From assembly GCA_002633005.1 (NCBI GenBank), contig NMRA01000100.1:206497-270496 (forward strand): 64,000 nt of DNA, written 5' to 3'. The notes beneath the pieces were generated by a model that saw only the letters and a list, made by a program, of their open reading frames with translations, had not been told where the DNA came from and ran no database searches. Positions within the stretch are counted from its first letter, which is position 1, and every line of letters starts with the position of its first letter. This DNA comes from Phoronis australis (lineage: Eukaryota; Animalia; Phoronida). Position numbers and translations under genes: made by a program. Below, one piece after another: positions 50,774 to 61,803 of the stretch.

Positions 50774-53700
50774 AGCTCGTCTTAGTTTTAGATATATACT
50801 ACAAGTGTGGAACAATCTCTATGTCAGTGTCAGCTCATATACTGCGACCGAGGAAGAGCAATAGTACTAAGAGCTGGAATTTTATCATTTGTAAACGTAT
50901 TATGAGGTCAGTGCTTAAAAATAATAAACATTTATGATTCTGATTCTGATTCTGATGATAATTTAACAGAGAACTAATTCAGCGCGTTGATTGAGCAAAG
51001 CTACGCGTTCTTTAAGCACCTGTCCATTTCAAAGCACAAAAGGTAATCGTTTAAAGAAGTATGGAACGGGGAAAGCTTATCAAAAAATACCTTTAAACAA
51101 TCCGTGACGAAAGCATTAGTTACCTAGCAACGTATATTACATAGTTATTCACTTTCCCCTGTGAGGATATTTCCAGAAAAAAAATCAAAATTTTTGAAAT
51201 ATGCGCGAAGGAAAAACTATGTAGTCACCACAGTGCTCAGTTCCCAATCTCCCTCCCAAACAGATAAATGCGCGCATGCGCTCACAGTCATTCGACTAAC
51301 AGCTGATTGACACGGTGGTTCTTAACGGCAGATTATCATGTCTGAGCGCACTGTGAACCTGAAGTTGACAGCAAGGTATGAGGCATGCCAGTGAAGAAAG
51401 CAATTTTCCAAAAATATTTCCAAGTGGACTTAAGAATATAGTTCAATACTACGATACCTGTAGAATTAATTTCAATCAGTTAATCGGACTGGCTGATTCT
51501 TGAAGTCGCCATTGTTTTGTCAAAAGTCACATTTTCCATATGCCGGTAAGGGACATGTGCTACGTTTATGTCTTGCCATACCAAATAAAGAGACGGGTTC
51601 TGCCTTTTGGGAGAAAAATCGATGAAGTGATGAGACGCTGACATATGGTTTTTTGAAATTTGAAAACACAACATGAAGAATCGTGCAGAAACGTCATAAA
51701 TCAAGTGCAGTGGTGAAGGTTGTTAAGTCAATATAGTTTATTCAGATTTACAGAGTTTATGATTGGTAGCTGTCTGATGCGATAGTATTTTGACGTTTTG
51801 TTTTGAACATTTTTTCTTCAAGTTTCTTTCTATATTTGTGTTATTTCAACAGGATCTTCAACAGAACCAGTCCATTTTCGTAGTGTTTAGGTAGATTTAA
51901 ATTACCATACCAAGTGTCATTGGGCAATACTTACATACAATTGTTTTGATCAATTAGTATTTAAAAAGAAAATATATGTTTATGATTATTGTAGAAATTG
52001 TTTTCATATTGTTGTTGATTTCCTGTTAGAGACTTTTATACTAACAACAAGTAATTCAGTCCGAAATACTTTGTCTTTGGTTCAGTGATGATTTAGTCTA
52101 ATACACCCCAAAAGTAATTCGTAGGAAATGTTCAATAAGTTTGCAATGTTGATTTCCCTAAAAAAATATTGCATATCTTTTTGTACGTCCAATTTTGAGG
52201 TATGTATGATAAATGATTAATATTATTATTATTGAAATGTTGTTTGTTTTTGTTTTTGTTGTTGATTTCCTGTTTAATCACAACAGTGTGTCTTGAAGTG
52301 ACGTTAAAGATAACATTTTGACCACGTTTTGAGAAAATCACAATATAGTACTTGTATTGTAACTGTCTCATTCTTTTTCAATGTCACAAATTTGGGTGAC
52401 CGATCGCTTATTTTTACATTCTCGATCACAACAGAAAGGTGTCGAAAATTCAGAGATCCTGACAAAACTACGAAAAACAAGCGTTGGCTTATATTTCCAC
52501 ACGTCATTCATTCATAACGTCATGGTCAATTTATTGATATAGTGCCAAAATAACCACACTATGCCAAAATGACGTACAAACCACCTTCAGCTCATGCGTT
52601 GCCTCTGTTAACGTAACTTTCCATGGACGGTGCACCAGAGGGGGCTGTGGGGGCTATAGCCCCACTTTTTTTAGTGCTACGCCGCACATAGTCTATAGGC
52701 GGTGGACCACGGGGGGCTGAGGGGGCTTTAGCCCCCACATTTTTCATTGCTGACAAGAAAATGTTAGGCGTATGGATTTCTACTTTGCACTACTTTGTGA
52801 TTTGCCCGTGTAATATCAACCAGTAATACAGTCCAGTTCATGTGAGAAAATTGTTTTAGAACAAATTTTGCGCGTCGATAAACTATTATACGCTTTTTAT
52901 TAAGCTATTCTGCGCGTTCAATAAGGAAACGTCATCGCGCAGAAAGGTACTCGCTTACATAGTACCATTTGGCTCTTCGCTGTTACTGTTTTTTACCACT
53001 CATATGAATCTAGTATTACGGAAAACAGTTACGACATAGTTTTAAAATTGATTGATAATTTACTAGTTTCAAAAATTGCGACACTCGTTTTTAAACGACG
53101 TGGGGAGTAACCTTCTGGACTAAGAATGCTCTATTTTTAACAAATATATTCTATCCACTAGGCAGTTTGTACGCTAACAAATTCGCGCGTAAGTAGACGA
53201 AAAATGCGAGCACCTCTCATCCCACAGACTACAACAAATTTCTCGGCATCCCATGCCTAATGACGTCGTACGGATTTCGCAAGCTATTGTTTAACTTGCG
53301 AGATCCATGCGATGTGCATAAGCGCGTCACTTGGTTATCGCTTCTTTTGTTGCGTCTTTATTAGATATAACAATGCAGGTCGTACGGATATCGTTACTTG
53401 GGCGCACATCAGCTGGTTTACCATCATCTTTATTATAAGGAAAAAAGCAAAATGAACAATGGATACTCCTCTCTACAGATATCTATGCGACGAGCTTGCG
53501 ACTTAGTTTCCCGTAAGATGTCAAAGTCTTCACGGCGCCATAACACATAAGAAGAGGGCTTATCGCTATCCTTGGGCTTGCCTGAGTGTGTATTTGATGA
53601 GATGTTGGCGGTTGCAACAAACGCTTGTGATCAGCGTACTAGTTTCCAAGTCAAAGAAAGAACAATAAGTAAGGCAAACGACCAAAACGACAGTTTTTAA

Positions 53701-54144
53701 AATTGAAAAGTTAATATTAGCCGTCTTCGATTTTTTAAAAATCGGTATATATTACGAGAGAAATAATGGCTAAAGCGTTTTCTTAAGCAGCACTTCCAAG
53801 TCAAGCACAATAATTAACTTTCATGACAGGACGGTTTAGTCACAGGATAGCTTAGGTACACTTAAGGCGTTGGGGTGACACAACACCAAATGTTGGCGTA
53901 CGAGCAGCCTCATGTTTAGAGGCAAAATAACATCTGTCGTCGTTGGGGATAAACTCCATAGGCAATTATTGTCAGCGCTAAAATCTTAAACTCCTGAGAT
54001 GGCGATTTGGATGCAACCACATTGGTGTTTTCCCATCACTGATATCACCATTTGTATTTGAACGATTATGATATTGAATAATCTTCCTTATGCAAGCATA
54101 TATTTCGTAGTTTCTGGATAATGTCCGATAACGTTAACCAGGCT

Positions 54145-54200
54145 GACACGTGTGTTGGCCGAAAAACAAGTTACGCAAGTACAATGCTTTTAAAAGGTGG
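54145..54200 (+). promoter_or_regulatory. Proximal promoter of copy 5: E-box CACGTG, C/EBP-type TTACGCAA, TATA-like TTTTAAAA
   Basis: The motifs lie 45-95 bp upstream of the ATG. The same arrangement is at copy 1 (7062 CACGTG, 7085 TTACGCCA, 7102 TATAATTTATAA). TTACGCAA also occurs at 58396 before copy 6. Confidence 0.45.
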
Positions 54201-54241
54201 ACACACGGCGTCGCGTGGTCAGTTCGACACTCTCCGTCGTC

Positions 54242-56868
54242 ATGTTTCAAGCCGTCATTGCCCTGTGTTTAGTAGTCTTCGTCAGTGCGCAGGTTCCTAG
54301 CTTGGGAAGATGCCCAGATATCGCTTTGAAGCCATCACTCAACGTGACACGGGTAAATAACTTGAGGATCACAAATGCAACGTTGAACTCCATTAAAAGT
54401 CTTTTTCCAGTATCTAATTCGAAGTCCTTTACAAAGGAAAACACGAAAGCACCGAGACCTTACTGCAAGTCAATCTGCAGATCCATTTGTAACAGTTCTA
54501 ACCCAATGTTTTCAATATTATAATTCACCTTGGTGCGTCCCAATACGTTGAAATTAATCAATAATACGTCGTTTTCTCTTAACTGAGCTTATGATTTTCA
54601 GTATCTCGGTGACTGGTATGAAATCCAACACTTCTTCGCAATCTTCCAAACGGGATCCAAATGCACTAAAGCAACGTACACTATGAAGCCAGATGGTCAT
54701 ATTAACATCTTCAATAGAGGAATCAAAATCAGGTATATAGCAGTTTAGTTAAAGTAGCAAGTTCTTTCCATTTAATCTTAAAACCAAATCTCTAAAAGGA
54801 TTTGGAAACTCCCCCGCTGTTGTGCAGGGCACAGTTTTGACTCTGAGGCTACTGGTCGCGCGCCTTCCAGACCTGCCTGCGTACAGAGTAATTTTGTCAT
54901 GCGCGCTATTTCCCTTTCGCAATCGTTGGCCAAATGGGTGAACGTTACGCGCCTAAATGCCGTGTGTAAGTAAATTCGTGTTAGAGGTGTAAAGTAATTA
55001 TTTGCTGCGCAAAGTGATTACTTTACGTTGTTAAAAGTTACTTTACCCCGCAAATAATTATTTATGCCTCTAAATAATTACTTTACGCCACTAACAAGAA
55101 TTAACTTACACACATAATGTAGGTGCGTAACGTTCACCCATTTGGCCAAAGATATTCCGCAGCACTGTTCGCGTCTCAAGAACAATTTTTTGGTTGCACA
55201 AAAACCAAGATTATCACTTCCCTCCGATAGCTATTCCAAATCTAAAGTAATTAGGTGTTTGTCGAAAAATGTGCTTTGCCTATTGGCCTCACTGGATTAC
55301 AATCACCTAACTTAGTGTCACGTACATGTATGTATGATTTGTCAATTATCATTGTTAATTTTCAATGTCTTTCACAATGTATTTCAGTAGTTTCATGGTT
55401 ACCTTCTAGCGAATGTATCAACTTTCAATGGCATTCATGCCGAACACTTTAGCCAAACATGAAGTTGTCCGAAAAAAGGTGATTTTGCAACAAGTGATGT
55501 GAAACTGTTTCAATTTTTATCGAGTGAATGGTCTTCGCCAGCTACATGTCATTCCAAATATTACTGACAACATCCCCTGTTGTTGTATGAGTGTGCCTGT
55601 AGGTAGTCGACTCAGGAAATCCGCCTTTGTCACCCTATCAAAGGGTACGTTCACACCTGACGTCGGGATTTGTATTGGTAATTCCAATAATTTATTTCAT
55701 TGGCATCTGAAAAATCATTCGGGTCTAGGTTATCGCAAGGGCACAACGCGCACAACATTTTAACGAAAAAGTTGCGTTACCTTTATAAATAGCGCTGTCG
55801 ATAGAGGGCAGGCCTATGTGCACCCATGACAATACAGCCTGTGAATTTCTGTTCAGGACTGGCAAGATAAGCAGTGCAACTGGCGACGCCTATGTACCAG
55901 ATCCCAAGAATTCGCCTGCAAAGTTAGCCTTGCGTTTCTCAGGTAAGATAGAGCATTTTATTATTGTAGAAACATCCAATAGTTTGCACTTATATAATTA
56001 AAGCTACAAATTGAGTTCTGATGTCAAAAATACTTTCTACATTGACACATTTGCTATTTTAAAAAATGGTTTTATGAAGTGAAATTTCGATTAATAAAAC
56101 GCCTGCAAAAACCCCATGTCGTCTGCCATAACGCTTCGGAAAAGCAAACAACGAACTGTCAAACCTTCAAGCCGATCAGACATCATTTCCAGTCGCAAAA
56201 AGGAATAGGACGACACCGGTTTCAAATTATAAAGATTAGTGTCAAGCGGATATCAGCCGGACCCCTACCTAGTAGTTGAGGTTTCAGAACAATATTTTAT
56301 ATCAGGTAACTGTATGGTAAAATCGTTCATATTTGGTAATAGGCCAAAACGGTCCTGAAGTAAGTCTCTTAACATTCCTTGCCATGACAGGAGCCTATTT
56401 CCGTTGCCAACAAGAATGTCAAAACCATTAGCAACTCAAGAAGGTTGGCCAACCCTTACATTGTCTGTGACCTGACTTTTGAGCTCGCAATGATTCAGAA
56501 TCGGATCAATGAGATAATGTTTTTCAATCCCAATGGGTCTCGGCCAATTGCTCCACGGACATTGACAGCCTTGCGGCTGCGACGACATCCTCCCTTAAGT
56601 CTATACTTAATTGGAACTCTATTTTCCAGAGTTCCAACCATATGGCGACTACTGGGTGGTGGACACTGATTACCAAACGTATTCAATCGTTTATTCATGT
56701 TCAGACTATCTGGGTAAACTCTTTAAAACGGAGTTTGCATGGATATTGTCTCGCACCCCTACGCTGGACGAGTCCATTGTACAAAAACTGCGACAACGTC
56801 TGGAAGACGCTGGAGTGAAGACGTCCAACTTTAAAGTAACTGACCAGAGCAACTGTCCACCGCTTTGA
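54242..56868 (+). CDS. ApoD-like lipocalin, copy 5; exons 54242-54352, 54602-54732, 55857-55942, 56630-56868
   Basis: MFQAVIALCLVVFVSAQVPSLGRCPDIALKPSLNVTR | YLGDWYEIQHFFAIFQTGSKCTKATY..GHINIFNRG | TGKISSATGDAYVPDPKNSPAKLALRFS | EFQPYGDYWVVDTDYQTYSIVYSC..AWILSRTPTL..TDQSNCPPL*. AATAAA near 56927. Confidence 0.95.
54927..55149. mobile_element. Palindromic MITE in intron 2 of lipocalin copy 5
   Basis: ttggccaaatgggtgaacgttacgcgccta...gtaaagtaattattt is mirrored by aaataattactttacg...taggtgcgtaacgttcacccatttggccaa. Confidence 0.8.
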
Positions 56869-57659
56869 AAGGCCTATTTATGTACGGATGAATTTTTTGG
56901 AATTTCTTTGGTTTGCAGTAATTAATAATAAAACATTTTTGCACATGCATAATCTCGTTTCTATCAGAAAAACTAATGCGAAAGGTTAATGACACAAAAT
57001 CCACAATCACAATAAACCGTCTGGGCCCGGTTGCATAAAACTTGCTATCCGGCGTATAAGCTCTTATCCGCCGGATAGTTATACAGACTTTTATGCAAGC
57101 GTGCCCAGATTTCGTGTAACACCGATTCGCAGTTTTAACCCGCTGGTTCGACAACAACACAAAACGTTTTCACGAACTCGTCGGAGATTCGCATGTGTCG
57201 AGCAAAAATTATTATGTTTACTCGAAGCGCGCGTATTGTGCAACAAGTCAATTATTTCATCGAGTTTCAAGAACAGAGGTTATATTCGGGGTCTTGGATC
57301 ACATACTCAACGATGCCAAGAAGCCATAATATAACCGAGTAGAACGGGAGTCAAAATGAAACTTATGGAGCGTTTGAATGTCACCAACGAGTCATCTTGC
57401 ATGTTCGGTTGTTAATGCAATCGGGTGGCTGATGACGTATGAACTGTCAAATTTATGAGGAAGGGGCGTGGTGAATTGAGTGGATTGTGTAAGTTTATTA
57501 AAAGTACCGCTAAGTTTTACTTGCAAAAAAGAATTTGTCGTTCTCGCCCAACAATGTTTATTAACGTGCAAATGCATACTGAAAATAAAATTTATCACCT
57601 ATGAATTGTGAGAACGTTATTTGTAATTTTGAAAAAAATGGCTTGAAAGGTAGGAAGAG

Positions 57660-57856
57660 TATTATTTTTACAAAAGTTCGCTAAAGTCTTTGGCAACTAT
57701 AACATAACTTCACACCCAAATTTTCCAAAATGTGCAACTTAACATGCGGAACTTTTTAAGTTTTGAAAACACAATAGTAAATGAACTAAAAAACACCAAA
57801 AAATAAATAAAATTGCCCCCTAAAGTACTCTCAAAAAGTATTTTCTAGAAGCCCTA
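57660..57856 (+). repeat. Dispersed repeat, also present in intron 3 of copy 4 (50125-50325)
   Basis: caaaatgtgcaactt..catg.ggaactttt..ttttgaaaa..tagtaaatgaa.taaaaaacaccaaaa..ttgccccctaaagtactc..tttctagaagcccta occurs at both sites. Confidence 0.8.
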
Positions 57857-58531
57857 TCTTTTCCAATAGCATCTGTTTTCAGAGACAAAATGGGCGTTAC
57901 GTCTTTTACGTTATACAATACCAACATTACTTGTTCTTTTCGCTGTACAAATTCAACAAATGCAGATGTAGGGGAGAACACGATTGACATTTGGCGTCAC
58001 CTAATACGTTGACTTTATTCTTTTTTAACATCAAGAATAGACAAAACTTATGTCTGAGTACAAAGGACGGGCGACATCATTCAGGTTTAATTCTAGTACT
58101 AGTTATTTTTTCTTTCTTTTGCACTACATCTATTGTTGTGTTGCCTAAAATTCCCCCTAAATATGCCCCAAATGTTGCCATACCATGATAGGAAATAAAT
58201 TTCATCGCAGAAAACATCACGGCATCAGCAAGTAACAGTCGCTTTTCGAAGGGCAGGCCGGTCAGTTTCTTATGATAAATTAGATTATTTTATTATTCGT
58301 ATTAACGGGAAGTGAATACCGATTTCATGAGGTAACAAATGTTGACCTGAATACAAATTACACAATACGTGAAACGGATATCACGAGGAAGGTCTTTACG
58401 CAACTGACCTCAATCCCATAAAGGACGGAGATATTTCCGTATACAGAACACATGCTCGCCGCTTTCGCTATTCATAGCACAGTCAGGGGTTTAAAAAACT
58501 AAACAGTATACCGCAGACACACATTGTTGCA

Positions 58532-60457
58532 ATGATGTACAGAATTGTCATCACGCTATGTGTGCTGGTCGCCGTCAGTGCTCAAGTGCCTGGATGGGGA
58601 GGATGCCCGGACATTGCGCTGAAACCAACACTCAACGTCACGAAGGTAGGATTTGATAAAGCTATTGTGTGAACAGTTTAATAAAAAATGACTGCTGAAT
58701 GCAAATTCTAATTTACTTCCCGCTGTAACACCAATTTCATTTCTTTCGTGGTAAAATGATTTGGCATCAGATATAACTGGCATGATATTGTCGCTAAAAA
58801 TGAATGACACATGGTTCGTAAGACGACTCCGTAATTTTAGGCCATAAATTCTGCGGAAGGAACTAACAAGGGAATCTCGGGTTCCTGACCTGATGGCATC
58901 CTACCGTTAGAACGCTGGCGTGCAACACGAATCAACTTTATAGTTTCTCTCTGATAACGCACTAACATTGCAGACGTCTGACCGGGCGTGTATTGTAACA
59001 ATGAAACTATATGAATATATCAACGATTTATCGCTTACAATACACTTTAACCATGGATGGATTTGTCCTCAAAGTTCTGTGTGTGCGAAATGAACGGTCA
59101 GTTTTGGTGAATCATGTTTTTTTGGAAGTCAATTTTTCTGCAGAAGTTTAACATGGATATGTTATGATTATCACGAAGAGTTACAATTTCGTCTCAAAGG
59201 ATTTAGGGTTATGTCGTCACGTGTAAGAGCGTGATCACTTTGCTACCACCTGAGAAAATAAGATTTGATTATTTATAGTACCTCGGTGACTGGTACGAAA
59301 TTCAACATTTCTTCGCCATCTTCCAAATGGGATTGAAGTGCACTAAGGCGACGTACACACCGAAACCTGATGGCCATATAAACGTCTATAACAGAGGAAT
59401 TAAAATCAGGTAACTTGAAACGCATACGGTAAAAATATTTTTGTCGTTAAAATGACGTGTGAATAGTGGAATCTTTGACGTTTATTCAATTTAGCTCTAA
59501 CTATGAATTTAAAGTACAAAGAAAAGATAGAAATCACGAGAGTAACGCCCAGTTTAACTCATGCGCATGTCCAAGGGATAGCGCGCCACCTTCGTCTATA
59601 AGTGAAACGAGGGCCCATGTGCCTATATTTATATGCGAAGTACTTAAGGAATAAATAATTCTTTAAAAAGCGCTTTATTTATAATACAGTATGTGAGCAT
59701 GGAAGGATTTACGATTGTGTTTTGTAACACAAACGGTATTAATGAAGTTTTTCCACTGTTACTAGTACTGGCAAGTTGGAAGGTGCCACTGGCGACGCCT
59801 ATGTACCAGACCCAAAGTTTCCATCGAAGTTAGCTGTGCGGTTTTCAGGTAAGCACAAAGAAATTGGTAACATTCCAACCATTTCAAGCAAATTATAATT
59901 TACCTTTTTACGTTTGACTGACGTCTGCATCATTTTCACGTGAAATCCATTTTGTGTATTGAACGTTTTCCTTAATGAAATGTAATTTTGAGAGTTTTTG
60001 GAATATACATGTATCGTGGTAATAGACATAAAGTTTTGCCTTGGTAAGAAGAGGGTCGATTCTGAAGGGGCTCGTGGGTTCATTTTGAGTTTACTTCTTC
60101 GAACTGATCGAAATTTCCTTTAGATGGACAAAATGTAATAACACAAAATTGTTCATGTTTTTGGCCTAGTTTACTAGAAGATGCCGTGGTATACAGAGCC
60201 TATATCTACATCGTGTTATTTCAGAGTTCCAACCCTACGGCGACTACTGGGTGGTCGACACTGACTACAAGACGTACTCAGTGGTTTACTCGTGTTCAGA
60301 CTTCGTGCTGTTCAAACTCGAGTTTGCCTGGATCTTGTCTCGCACCCCTTCATTGGACGAGTCCATTGTACAACGACTCAGGCAACAGTTGGATGACGCT
60401 GGGGTGAAAACGTCTCATTTTAAAGTAACAGTCCAGACCAACTGCCCACCTGTTTGA
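58532..60457 (+). CDS. ApoD-like lipocalin, copy 6; exons 58532-58645, 59279-59409, 59766-59848, 60225-60457
   Basis: MMYRIVITLCVLVAVSAQVPGWGGCPDIALKPTLNVTK | YLGDWYEIQHFFAIFQMGLKCTKATY..GHINVYNRG | STGKLEGATGDAYVPDPKFPSKLAVRFS | EFQPYGDYWVVDTDYKTYSVVYSC..AWILSRTPSL..QTNCPPV*. Confidence 0.95.
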
Positions 60458-61803
60458 GCGAATTAAATTTTTGCTATCCCGACGTGACATTTTCTACTTT
60501 GTAGGGGATAATGTATTAAAATACATGCGTTATATCGACATCCATTTTGTTTTTCTCACTGTCAGACCTTGTGTCGTGTGACACTTTTCTGCAGTGACCA
60601 CTTATGTTTCCAATGATATTCCTAAATTTTCACTATAACAGTATCAAACCATTTTTTGTAGTAACTTGAGCCTTGGCGAGACCGTGTGGGCGGATATCAT
60701 ACCACCCACCATTTGTAGCCACTGACTCCGACTATCCAAACGGTTATCGAGCACCGTTGCGTTCCCGCGTTTCAATTTACAACAAAACAATGGTAGGGCA
60801 CAACAGCGAAAATAGACTTTAAATCAGGGTAAGCCGTAACTCCAACCCTAATATTAAAGCTAACTCAAAACCTAACCCTCACCGCCTCTCACCTAATATT
60901 TTTTACTATAGGCGATCGTCACAGGTGCCAACCGTTCCGTCTTAGACGCAAACGTCCACCTTATTGGGGTTTTATTCCGCGTCCCTCAGGATCGTCAGAC
61001 CCACGTGTCCATATTTTCACAATGTCGCCGTTGCGTGCTGCGTGGCTACATAATTTCGTGTTTTTTATGCTGTTCTTCCCAACATGCCGCGACTTCACCG
61101 TTCAGCTTCACAGGCAGGACCAAATAATAACGCCATTGGCATGTTTCTGGGTGTTGCTACTGACTTCGCCTCACGGTGTGGCTTAAACCCATGGCCCGCC
61201 CAATAATTTTGAAATGTTAGGAACAATGCGTTACTTTGGTGAATGCCATAGACAACATGAGCATTTCAGCCTCGCAGTTGTTACTTATTAAGTGATAAAT
61301 GTGCTCACAATCACCGTTCGACATTCCTAGTTCCTCAGCTTGGTTTAGCTACAGTATGCATTAATAGAAGACAAAAATTGTTCCAGATGATCAGTTCGAT
61401 GGGCTCACCCGATCAGCCTGTGCACGTGTGGTATGTGTACCAGACCGCCTGAAATTACTTTGAGGTAGTTGAGAGCAGTTTAAAAAATTGCTTACATGTA
61501 CTTTGAACCAGAAAGTCCCCTTTGTGACACTGACAAGAAGTGTTTTTTGCCAATAGCGGAGTTGCAACGCCGCCATATTGGAAATGGGTCAGAATATTGC
61601 TTTGTGGTTAAGCCGGTGAACAAGTACGTCGGCAAGCGTGGGGGCGAACCGGCCATAGGGAGGTTATACGAACAGTAACAAATACTCCACGGCAGATGGT
61701 AGTGAAAAAAAAAAAAATTTTTTTCGCTTGACCAGAACCAAGCCAACATGAGCAATTTTGAGGATAATGTCTCTGCACAATCACCTGTTCTCGGTAGACT
61801 CAC

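Noticed and set aside
60835-60900. Telomere-like cctaac/ccctaa repeats
   Set aside because: Only a few degenerate units inside a MITE-like sequence; not an array.
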